DNA of 64,000 nucleotides, taken from positions 64,001 through 128,000 of the forward strand of contig CAVXJS010000022.1 in NCBI GenBank assembly GCA_963762145.1, given 5' to 3'. The translations under genes were made by a program, and so were the position numbers. Shown here one piece after another: positions 55,143 to 64,000 of this stretch (position 1 is its first letter; every line of letters starts with the position of its first letter). This stretch comes from an uncultured Candidatus Rokubacteria bacterium (GTDB lineage: Bacteria > Methylomirabilota > Methylomirabilia > Rokubacteriales > CSP1-6). The notes under the pieces are model-generated. The model was not told the origin of the DNA. It saw only the letters and a program-made list of their open reading frames with translations, and did not search any database.

Positions 55143-55940
55143 GGTGAGTGCGCTGCCAAAGAAGACCGGCGCCCTTGCCCGACAAGAAGGCATCATGCAT
55201 CGAAGCGTGCGCCGGCCCCGCTCAGGAGGTCGATCTCCACGCGCAGCTGGCCGACAGGCCCGGCGCGAGCCCCCACCGAGTCGCGTGTCCGCCAGATCCA
55301 TGCTGACCACCGGGGCCTGGCGCCGGTTGTGCTCGGTACGCTCGAAGCGGAGCACCTGCCGCGCGACCAGGTCATAGACGCCCTAGAAGGTTGGGCCCTG
55401 TCCTATGGGCCAGTTCATCGCACCGCGCCGATGCCGAGCACCCGCTCGATCTCGTCCAGGAGTGCGAGGGGCTCGCGGCCCGGATGGTCGAGCTTGTTGA
55501 TGAACGTCAGGATGGGGAGCCCCCGAGTCCGGCACACCGCGAAGAGCTTGAGGGTCTGAGGTTCGATACCCTTGGCGCTGTCGAGCACCATCACCACGCT
55601 GTCGACCGCCATCAACGTACGATATGTATCCTCGCTGAAGTCCTGGTGCCCGGGGGTGTCGAGAAGATCAGCAGATGCCCCGCGTGCTCGAACTGGAGCG
55701 CGGTGGTGGTGATGGGGTACCCCGCTCCTGCTCGAGGGCCATCCAGTCCGAGGTGGCGCGGCGCTGGTTCTTGCCCGCTCGCACGGCCCCAGCCAGCTCG
55801 ACGGCGCCCGAGTAGAGCAGGAGCTTCTCGGTGAGCGTGGTCTTACCGGCATCCGGGTGGGAGATGATCGCGAAGGTCCGCCGGCGGCGGACCTCGGCCG
55901 CGAGGTCCGGCGGGTGGACGAGATCCCCGGTCGGCTTCAC
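55140..55940 (-). pseudogene. prfC: Truncated peptide chain release factor 3 (G domain only)
   Basis: [44 protein letters not shown]; frameshifts and an in-frame TAG near 55385. Confidence 0.9.
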
Positions 55941-56566
55941 GAAGGACCCGTCTTGAGATCGGAGGCGAAACGGGTCGAGACGAGGACGAAGCGCACCGGC
56001 TTCCGGCCCGGATTCTCCCAGAGATGCGGGGTCTCCGGATCGAGGCTGACCGCGTCCCCGGCGACCACCCGCAGCACCTCGGCCCCCAAGGTCAGGCGCA
56101 CGGCCCCGTCGAAGACGATCGCGAGCGCCTGTCCCGCATGCGCGTGCGGTCGCTTGCCGCTCGAGCCCCCGGCTCCGAGGGTGACCATGACCGCCTCGAA
56201 GCTACGCGCGGCGCCCATGGGACTCAGGGCCTCGATCCGGGCACGCGACCACCAGCTCGTCAGACGCCGGCGCCGGGTCGCCCGGGTCACGGGGCGAGCG
56301 CCGCCGGCCGGCTCCCGGAAGAAGTCACCGAGTGACACGCCGAGGGCGTGCGCGAGTCGCTGGAGCGAGGCGATCGACGGTGAGGCCTGGTTGTGCTCGA
56401 CCTGGGAGATGAAGCTCGGCGAGAATCCCGCCCGGCTCGCCAGGGTCCGGACCGACAGCTCGTGTGCCGTCCGCAGCCGCCGCACGATGTCGCCGAGGTT
56501 CTGCTCCGCGCCGGTGGCCGTCGCCGCGTCCTCCGGCGGCCTCCGTCTCGCCGCTAACCTCTTCAT
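55937..56566 (-). CDS. XRE-family HTH-cupin regulator
   Basis: LSVRTLA...SFISQVE...PSI; cupin H.H, GD....PH.W.N. Confidence 0.9.
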   Translation of the reverse strand: MKRLAARRRPPEDAATATGAEQNLGDIVRRLRTAHELSVRTLASRAGFSPSFISQVEHNQASPSIASLQRLAHALGVSLGDFFREPAGGARPVTRATRRRRLTSWWSRARIEALSPMGAARSFEAVMVTLGAGGSSGKRPHAHAGQALAIVFDGAVRLTLGAEVLRVVAGDAVSLDPETPHLWENPGRKPVRFVLVSTRFASDLKTGPS

Positions 56567-56708
56567 CGCCTCATCCTTAGAGTTCGGGCGGGTAGCGGGC
56601 GCGCGTTTGCTGCCGACGCGCGAGCAATAGACCCCTCGGGAACTGCCTCACCGAGCGGTCAACGACAATGGTGGCGGTGAGAGTGCCCGCCAGGCAACTG
56701 TTGGACAT

Positions 56709-57503
56709 TTAGGACGCGCTCGCCGTGCCCGTCGGGGCCGGGCGAAGGCCAGCAGCGCCAGGAAACGCAGTGTTCACAGCGACGCAGTCGAACTCCACCA
56801 CTCTGAGCTGAGGATCCGTGCTGACCGGAAAGATCCCGGTCACATCGAAGGAATGCTCCTTGAGGGTCCGGAGTGAGGTGAGCCAGTCCGGCATTCGGGC
56901 ATAGATTGGCAGAACCGATACTTCGGTCTGAAGCGCCGCTATTGACGCGAGAGTGGTGCTGGCTCCGTTGATCACTTCCAGATCGTACCCCTGAGTGTCG
57001 AGCTTCAGGTAGACGTTTCGACAGCCGGATGTGGCTCTGATGCCTTCCATCACATCGGTCAGCCGCCTTACCTGTACAGTCTCCACCTGGACGACCGCGT
57101 TCAGGTGCGCTAGCGTCGGAACAGTGGAGGAATCCGGTGACAGGAAGGACGTGAACGCGCTTTCGCGCATCACGTTGATCGGGTATAGCCCACTCTCGCT
57201 TCCGAGGGCGAATCCATGGATTTTCCACAGTGCATCGTTCTTGGCTTCCGCTTCGAGGTGTTTGAGGCATGCCGGGTGGGGCTCGAAGGACGCGATGTAA
57301 CCTGCGTAGCCGACCTCCATTCTCAGAAACTTGTGGTATTGCCCCCGGTTCGCCCCAACGTCGAGCACACAGTCGATGTCCAGCCTCTCGAAGAGCTCCC
57401 GGAGGTGAGTCGCGAGGGCGAGATTTTTAAGACGCCACCGCGGAATCACTTCGTACCCCGTTCGAACTGCCCGCATCAGGAGCTTAGTCAATACCTGCTT
57501 CAT
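56709..57503 (-). CDS. FkbM family methyltransferase
   Basis: VLDVGANRGQ, SFEP, LKLDTQGYD. Confidence 0.9.
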   Translation of the reverse strand: MKQVLTKLLMRAVRTGYEVIPRWRLKNLALATHLRELFERLDIDCVLDVGANRGQYHKFLRMEVGYAGYIASFEPHPACLKHLEAEAKNDALWKIHGFALGSESGLYPINVMRESAFTSFLSPDSSTVPTLAHLNAVVQVETVQVRRLTDVMEGIRATSGCRNVYLKLDTQGYDLEVINGASTTLASIAALQTEVSVLPIYARMPDWLTSLRTLKEHSFDVTGIFPVSTDPQLRVVEFDCVAVNTAFPGAAGLRPAPTGTASAS

Positions 57504-57801
57504 CTTCCGCGAAACGCCTTTGCCCAACATCGTTGTCCCTCATCCCATTGGAGAGTTGAAGATCTGCCAGAACACTACTCCGGCAGCGGCATTCGGTCCG
57601 GCACACACCAGCATGGCGGTCAGGCTGCGAAGGATCTCCGTGACCTTGCTCCCGGCGACTCGGCCCACGTCGCATCGCGCCGTGTCGTCTGGGGCTCCCC
57701 GCAATGGTCGGTCTCCCGCGCCCACCCGCGCCGGTGGGGCACCGAACGAACGATGGGTGCCACCGCGGCGGGTCGCGGACGATGCCCGGCCCGGGCAGCG
57801 C

Positions 57802-57965
57802 AGCTTGGCGAGAACCCGGCCCCGCCCGCCAGGGTCCGGAGCAACAGCTCGTTGCCGTCCGCAGCCGCCGCACTATGTCGCCGAGGTTCCGCTCCGCCCG
57901 GCGGCCGTCGCCGCGTCCTCCGGCGGCCTCCGGCCCACCGCTGATGTCTTCATCGCCTCACCCTT
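57802..57965 (-). repeat. Diverged copy of the 5' end of the XRE-cupin gene (56413-56578)
   Basis: Shared GCAGCCGCCGCAC.ATGTCGCCGAGGTT...CTTCATCGCCTCA. Confidence 0.85.
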
Positions 57966-58465
57966 GAGACTCTCATACGGTGTACAGTCCTACTTTACAG
58001 ACCGTAGGCCTATGCCGCAAGTTAGCAATCGCCCTGGGGAGTGCGCCCCCGTCGATCCCGTCAATGCCGAGTACCGCAGCGCGTTCGCGCCGTTAGGCGG
58101 GCGGCTTAGGAGTCGGCACGCGGTGGTCCACGGACTCGATCAACTCACGGCGTTCCTGAGCCAGGCGCACGTCCCGACGCCGGACATCGACGAGCGTGGC
58201 GGGCTGGCCACGCGACGGGTCCACTCGATCCCGCGGGTGGGGCTCACGGCCGCCGACCTCGAGGCCCTCGGGCTCTAGGCCGGGGCGCCCGTCGCGTCAG
58301 CCCTCCAACACCTGCAACTTGTTCAGAGGGCGGGCGGTACCCGAACTAGGCGACGCCATCGCCACACCTCGGTAGTGGCCGACTGCGAGTCACGCCAAGG
58401 GCGAGCGCAAGCCCGCGAGAAAGCACGCGGCGCCTACTGGAACGCGGCTTGCTCTGTTGCATGCA

Positions 58466-58801
58466 ATGGACATCGTGCGCCTGGCCGTCATGGTGAGCCC
58501 GCTGCTCGGGGCCGCGGCGGGCTATCTCGTGGACGGCCTCACGGGCGCGACGTCGGGATTCCTGATCCCGATGGGGCCTGCTGTCGTGGCGTGGCTCTAC
58601 CGTGGGTTTGACGATGCGCTACGGCCGTCGCGCCCGGCGGGACCGTCCGAGCCCGCGCACCAACCCCGTCGAGCGGGTTCGTCTCCAATGCAGGAGATCA
58701 AGGATGAGACTACTGAGGCATCAATGGCCAGAGCACGGCCGTTGCTTGGCGATAGCGTGGGCCCGAAGCGCCGCGGCGCCCGTCTAAACCGAGTGCCTTG
58801 A
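58466..58801 (+). CDS. Hypothetical membrane protein
   Basis: Two hydrophobic segments at the N-terminus. Confidence 0.4.
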   Translation: MDIVRLAVMVSPLLGAAAGYLVDGLTGATSGFLIPMGPAVVAWLYRGFDDALRPSRPAGPSEPAHQPRRAGSSPMQEIKDETTEASMARARPLLGDSVGPKRRGARLNRVP

Positions 58802-58909
58802 TGATCTGGGGCGAATGGACCCATCCGATCGCGCTTGTCCTGCTCGGTGCAGTTCTTCTGGTGGTCGGCCTTATCTCTCGGGATAGGTCGTGAGGGCCGC
58901 TCGCGGCCG

Positions 58910-59512
58910 GCGAGGTTGATGACCAACTCGAACTTCGTCGGCCGCTTGAGCAGCCGGATGTACCGATTCCGGAGCGTATCGGTCTGCCGTCTGAGCGTGT
59001 CCACCTGCTGGGAAAAAATCTCGTACTTGCCGGCATCCTGATCGGCGAGTTGCTCGCTGAACCACTGCAGGGCCCCTAGCTGGGCCTGCAGCCCCTGACG
59101 GTACTCCTGATGGAATCGATCCTCACTCACGAAGAGCTTTGTTCACACACGCCATCTTGTCCTTGAGAGTCTGCCCATGCGCGTCGACTTCCGCGAGGCG
59201 CCCGCCCGCAGTCGCCGCTAGCTGCGCTGTCAGCGCCTGCTGCGCCTGAGAAAGACACTCCATCTTCACCGTGTTCAGTCGCCGGAGTTCCGCGCGAACC
59301 TGCGCATCGGAGAGCGGAGTCCCGGGGAACGTTGAAGATGCTGAACTGGGCGTCGCCGCAGCCGGTTGGGCAGCCACCCCTGACGCTACGGCTAGGCTGA
59401 CAGCCAGCCCGAGCCCCGCCACGGTCGTAGCAGACAGTAGATACGCCACGGCTGATCCTCCTGAGTTCCTCGGTTTCGTGGGTTTGGTCCGGTCGCCTTG
59501 CGGTTTGAGCAC
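58910..59512 (-). pseudogene. Exported helical protein, frameshifted, joined to an ABC_sub_bind tail fragment
   Basis: Signal-like segment; continuation ends ...LLKRPTKFELVINL. Confidence 0.5.
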
Positions 59513-59554
59513 CGCTATGACCTCAGTCTGCCGGCAAGATGGATGGCGCTCTTC

Positions 59555-59917
59555 TTATTGGCCCGACACATCTGGCCTGCCGGGTTCGACGCGTTGGGGC
59601 AGTTCGGGCGGCAGCAGGTCAGGCGCCGTTCGCCGGGTCGTCCTCCGGTTCAGGAGGAGCAGTTTCCGCACCACTTCCCACGGCCAGTACGTCAGCGTGC
59701 ACCGCCCGAGCACGAGCACGGTCTGACGATGCCCCTTCAAGACGTCAACGTCTCGTCGCACTTCGATCTCCCAGCGGCCAGCGTCCGGGGGCCGAGCCTG
59801 CCACTCTTCCTGGCTCTTCCACTCGACGAACACTTCCCCGAAGATCGGAGCGCGCATGATCGTGTACGCGGGACCCGTTTCGAAGAGCACGTATCCCTGG
59901 GCGCTCTGGAACGTCAT
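59555..59917 (-). CDS. Hypothetical protein
   Basis: GAGGAGG RBS before the ATG. Confidence 0.45.
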   Translation of the reverse strand: MTFQSAQGYVLFETGPAYTIMRAPIFGEVFVEWKSQEEWQARPPDAGRWEIEVRRDVDVLKGHRQTVLVLGRCTLTYWPWEVVRKLLLLNRRTTRRTAPDLLPPELPQRVEPGRPDVSGQ

Positions 59918-60128
59918 GGCGCGAGCCTCCTCAGTCTCGAAGCCAGGTCAGAGGCAAGCCCTGTGCCAACCAGGTCCGAGACCACTAGCCGCGCGCAGTA
60001 ACCAGCGAGCCCGCCTGGGCGAAACCCACCCGCACCGTGGGATCGGTGGGATCCGTCTGGGGTGTCACTGGCGGTGGGTCTGTCTGATGGGCGACGGTGG
60101 GAGCGTCAGGAGCACGACTCACTTACTC

Positions 60129-61094
60129 TCACTCAATCACCTGATCCGCCCGCTGCAGGAGCGACGGCGGGATCGTGAGGCCGAGCGCCTTGGCGGTCTT
60201 GAGGTTGATGACCAGCTCGAATCGCGTCGGCCGTTCGACCGGCAAGTCGCTCGGTTTTGCGCCCTTAAGGATCCTGTCGACGAAGCTTGCGGCCCGCCGG
60301 GAGACGTCGGCGAGCTGTGCCCCATGGGACAGGAGACCCCCGGACTCAACGAAGTGTCTTTGATTGGAGATCGCTGGCAGGCGATGCCGCACCGCAAGTT
60401 CCGCGGCCCGCCAAGCAGTGAGAGCGCCATCAACGATCACGGCGCCGGCGCGTTGCTTGGTCAGCGAAGAGAAGGCGGTATCGACCTCTTGGGGCCCGTG
60501 CACATCGACAACGGAGAGTTGAACCTTGCCTCTCTTGGCTGCAGCCTGGGTCTCGTCAACCAGCGACTTTGCGAAGGGGTTGGTTGGATTGACGAGCAGG
60601 CCCACGCGCGTCAGGCCTGGGTCGAGCTCGCGAAGCAACTCTATCCGCTTCCCCGCCAGCTCTGCTGAGATCCCGGTCAGACCGGTGATGTTGCCGCCCG
60701 GGTGCCCGAGGCTCGCCACAAAGCCCGTCCCCACTGGATCTCCAGCCGACGCCATGACGATGGGAATTGTGCGAGTCGCGTCCTTCGCGGCCTGCACCGC
60801 CGGCGTGAGGTTGGCCACGATGAGATCGACCTTCAGCGCGACCAGTTCCATGGCGAAGGTCTTCGCGCGGTCCGGCCGGCCGTCGGCCGCTCGCCATTCG
60901 ACGAGAATGTTCTGTCCTTCCACATATCCGTGGTCGCGAAGACCCTGACCGAACGCCTCCCGCAATGTGGAGTTCATCTCAGTGAACGTCAACACTCCGA
61001 CGCGTGGTATCTTCCCGGTCTGCTGCGCCCCGGCGGCGAGCGGCGCGGCGAGGAGGCCGCCAGCAAGGGTGCCCAAAAAGGCTCGCCGCTCCAT
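60129..61094 (-). CDS. Orphan ABC_sub_bind-type substrate-binding protein
   Basis: MERRAF, GYVEGQN, PGGNITG, RADQVIE; TAATG overlap. Confidence 0.92.
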   Translation of the reverse strand: MERRAFLGTLAGGLLAAPLAAGAQQTGKIPRVGVLTFTEMNSTLREAFGQGLRDHGYVEGQNILVEWRAADGRPDRAKTFAMELVALKVDLIVANLTPAVQAAKDATRTIPIVMASAGDPVGTGFVASLGHPGGNITGLTGISAELAGKRIELLRELDPGLTRVGLLVNPTNPFAKSLVDETQAAAKRGKVQLSVVDVHGPQEVDTAFSSLTKQRAGAVIVDGALTAWRAAELAVRHRLPAISNQRHFVESGGLLSHGAQLADVSRRAASFVDRILKGAKPSDLPVERPTRFELVINLKTAKALGLTIPPSLLQRADQVIE

Positions 61095-62050
61095 TACTCG
61101 ATCACCTGATCCGCCCGCTGCAGGAGCGACGGCGGGATCGTGAGACCGAGGGCCTTCGAGGCCTTGAGGTTGATCACCACCTCGAACTTGGTGGGCTGCT
61201 CGACCGGGAGGTCTGCAGGTGTCGCACCTCGGAGGATCTTGTCGATCTGCGCGGCTACCCTTGGCACGTTCTGCAGTGGCGTCGGCCCGTGGGAAAGCAA
61301 CCCACCCGACTCGGCGAATCGTCGGTCGTAGCCGATCGCAGGCAGGCGGCTCTTCGCGGCCACTGCCCCAATGTGTTCCAGGTGAGCCCGGAACCACACC
61401 ACGTTGGGCACAAGGACGGCCTCGGCACGGGCACGCTTGGCCGCTGCGAAGAACCGGCCAAAGTCTTCCGGCCCCCGTACTGAGATGCCTTGTATCTCAA
61501 TACCAAACGCTTGGGCGGCGGCGGTCAATCTCTGCCGTCTCGCACCGACATCGGGTGCGGGAGCCGGATAGACTACGCGCGCCACCTCGGGCAACGCTTC
61601 TTTGAGGATCTCTAACAGTTTCTCGTCATAGACGCCGAGCGCGAAGCCCGTCAGGTTCCCCCCTGGACGCGAATAGCTGGTCACGAATCCGCTTTCGATC
61701 GGATCGGAGGCGAGGCTAAATACGATGGGAATCGTCCTGGTCGCCTCCTTGGCGGCGTTAGTCGCAGGCGTTCCTGCCGTTAACATGAGGTCAACCTTGA
61801 GCCGCACAAGTTCGGCCGCGAGAGTCGGGAGCTGATCTCGTCGCTCGGCATTGCGGCGCTCGACCTTGAGGTTCTGGCCCTCGACCCATCCAAGCTCCTG
61901 CATCGCGTCCACGAAGGGCTTGGACCCGGGGTCCTGGCCTTCTCGGAGCGCACCGATTCGGTAGACCTTTCCCGCCGGCTGCCCCTCGGCGGCGAACGGC
62001 GCGGCCAAGAGGCCGACGATAGCGCGGGCGATGAAGGTCCTCCGATCCAT
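61094..62050 (-). CDS. Orphan ABC_sub_bind-type substrate-binding protein
   Basis: GGAG RBS, MDRRTF, GWVEGQN, RPGGNLTG, EQPTKFEVVINL. Confidence 0.92.
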   Translation of the reverse strand: MDRRTFIARAIVGLLAAPFAAEGQPAGKVYRIGALREGQDPGSKPFVDAMQELGWVEGQNLKVERRNAERRDQLPTLAAELVRLKVDLMLTAGTPATNAAKEATRTIPIVFSLASDPIESGFVTSYSRPGGNLTGFALGVYDEKLLEILKEALPEVARVVYPAPAPDVGARRQRLTAAAQAFGIEIQGISVRGPEDFGRFFAAAKRARAEAVLVPNVVWFRAHLEHIGAVAAKSRLPAIGYDRRFAESGGLLSHGPTPLQNVPRVAAQIDKILRGATPADLPVEQPTKFEVVINLKASKALGLTIPPSLLQRADQVIE

Positions 62051-62409
62051 ATCTCCCTCCTTCACGTGCACAGACGCTGGCGGGCGTAGGCCCAGATCTT
62101 GGCCGCACACCACTGCGCCATTCCGCACATTCGAGCAGCGCGACGACCTGCGCGTCTCGGCGCTGCGGGCGCTCGAGCACCCGCGGCCGGGCTCCGCGCT
62201 CGACGACACCGAGCCGAACAGGCCGTCTGCCAGCCTGCAGCTGTACGGCAGACCGCACCGCCGCGAAGAGGCTACCACAGGCGTGCGCACGCCCTCCGGC
62301 GAGACCGGGGCTCCGAGTGAGGCTCTCAGCATGAGGCCACGAAGGAAATCGCGGCGCCCAGGAACATCTTGCGGAGCATCCGCCGGACCCGTCTTCCGGG
62401 AGACCTTCC

Positions 62410-63075
62410 ATGACGTTCCCTGAGAAGTCCCCTTTCCCGCTGATGAGCGGAAGGGGCCCTGTCCCCGAACTTCTTCAGGCAGTCGAGCGGGTCGCGCTGA
62501 TGCTCGATAGCATGACGGACAGCTTCTTCGCGCTCGATCGCGACTGGCGCTACACCTACTTCAATAAACCCGCAGAGGAACAGCTCCAGGCGTTGGGCAA
62601 GAATCCGGTGAGTCTCATCGGTAAGACGCTGTGGGAGGAATTCCCGAATCCACCGGTCGAGGACGTGCTCCGGCGCGTCATGAACGACCGCATCGCGGTC
62701 ACCGATGAGCACTACTATCCTCCCCTGCGCGAGTGGGTGGAAAATCGCATCTTTCCGACACCGGATGGTGGGTTGGCGATCTTCCAGCGCTACATCACCG
62801 ATCGCAAGCGGGCCGAAGAACAGCTTCGGGCAAGCGAAGAGCGTTTCCGGCGGTACTTCGACCTCGGACTGATCGGCATGGCCATCACGTCGCCCACTAA
62901 GAGCTGCCTGGACGTCAATGACGAGCTGTGCCGGATTCTGGGGTACCAGCGGCACGAACTTCTACGCATGACATGGGCAGAGATCACGCACCCGGAGGAC
63001 CTTGCCGCTGACGTCACCCAATTCGACCGAGTCATGGCGGGCGAGATCCATGGCTATTCCATGGACAAGCGCTGA
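62410..63075 (+). pseudogene. PAS-domain sensor fragment (truncated)
   Basis: DSFFALDRDWRYTYFN, ITDRKRAEEQLRASEERFR, ITHPED; ends in mid-PAS. Confidence 0.75.
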
Positions 63076-63139
63076 AAGAAGAAAGTCACCGCACCCTTCC
63101 CCAATCCTACTAGCGTCCCGCTCCCTTTGTCAGTTCAGT

Positions 63140-63758
63140 AACTAGCTCAAACCGGAATTGCGCTAGGCAATCGCAAAGAGCATCAATATCTCGCCGGCGC
63201 GCCTCCTGAAGCACCATCAGGTTTGCGTATTGCTCCATCGCTCTCACGCTACCAGGTTCGGTAATTTGCTCAGTATGCAGACACAAAGAAATCCCGAAAA
63301 TACTCGCGCGCTAGTCGAACTTCCTCGAGTGTGAACGTCATCGGATCCCTCGTCCCACGGGCGGTGTAGAACAGCGACGCGATGAAATTGCTCGCGTGCG
63401 TGACGCCTTGTCCCGGGACATTGTGCTCGAGGAAACCAAACTCGCAATTTACTGCGTTATCACGCACAGCCCACAATGCCATGAAGAAGGCATCCACAAT
63501 CTGCAACCACCTGGTGAGGATCCTCAGCCCCTCGGCTGGATCCTTCTCATTGGGGACGTCCTTCCAGTACACGGCCGCATGGGCCGAAAGAAGCGCCGAA
63601 TATTCAAGACTCCCGATCGCAAGTTGAAACGGTCGTGATAGCAATTTCCCGAGCTCAGCGGAGCATTGATTCGTAAGGTAACAATTCTCGTCGAGGCGAA
63701 TCCCTCGTCCTGTCGATTCCGAGAGTCGAAGGCCATGAACACCAGCTACGAGGAGCAT
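63140..63758 (-). pseudogene. Low-GC gene remnant, possibly the N-terminal part of an ApeA/HEPN-type protein
   Basis: 162-aa ORF (IGSLEY; FFMALWAVRDNAVN.EFGF) with a broken continuation; family call from recall only. Confidence 0.35.
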
Positions 63759-64000
63759 GGCGCCTCTCTCTCTAAACCATGCAGGCTCTGGAATAGACGG
63801 CAGCGAACTGTATTGACCATGTCAGCATCTCAGCCTTCCGTGACTCTGACGGGCTTGCCTCTCTCGACTGGCGTGGAGACCGCCTACGACAGAACCCGCG
63901 AGCCGACTCAATCTCAACAGACCGGCATCGAAGGTTTTTACCATACGTCCCCGCTGACGTCTCGCTGACGGTTTTCGAGGGATTAAGCGGGTAGATTAGG

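Larger units (their letters stand above)
36233..64000. mobile_element. Genomic island with a satellite-like replication core; right boundary not seen
   Basis: Integrase next to the tRNA; xis, primase and helicase genes; visible drop in GC and codon bias; IS and gene fragments. Confidence 0.75.

Noticed and set aside
63073-63075. Recoded TGA in the PAS gene; also the TAGs at 47361 and near 55385
   Set aside because: Not at Cys positions, no SECIS-like hairpin noticed, and the surrounding genes are decayed.
36242-64000. Intact prophage or conjugative ICE
   Set aside because: No terminase, capsid, tail, relaxase or T4SS genes recognised in the window.

Overview
High-GC bacterial chromosome segment. 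Gene content and repeat types are consistent with Ca. Rokubacteria/Methylomirabilota (inference, not proven). Many core genes carry single indels, suggesting an unpolished long-read assembly. Bases 1-36.2 kb are core genome: two Liv-type ABC operons, an amidase/hydantoinase-like/isochorismatase/MaoC/CitE catabolic cluster, ArnT/ArnC-like glycosyltransferases, a stand-alone DGQHR gene, greA, ppiD-like, an NCS2 permease, trmI, an MFS transporter, gcdH-like, an HD hydrolase, a PDZ protease, rmlACB, rhodanese-MoeB and tRNA-Arg(TCT). From 36.2 kb to the end is a less GC-rich mosaic island on the 5' side of the tRNA. It has a satellite-like core (integrase and CGNR-like gene diverging from xis, Prim-Pol and DUF927 helicase), an IS3-family element, four orphan ABC_sub_bind paralogs plus fragments, and many truncated or fused host genes. 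Best leads: (1) a putative origin with inverted iterons around a (GA)n tract, present in two copies, each followed by different cargo; (2) a UGA at the catalytic Cys of MoeB with a SECIS-like hairpin; (3) DnaA-like boxes and tandem NrdR-like boxes upstream of the orphan DGQHR gene; (4) an integrase abutting the tRNA 5' end plus a separate 1-kb att-flanked islet at its 3' end.
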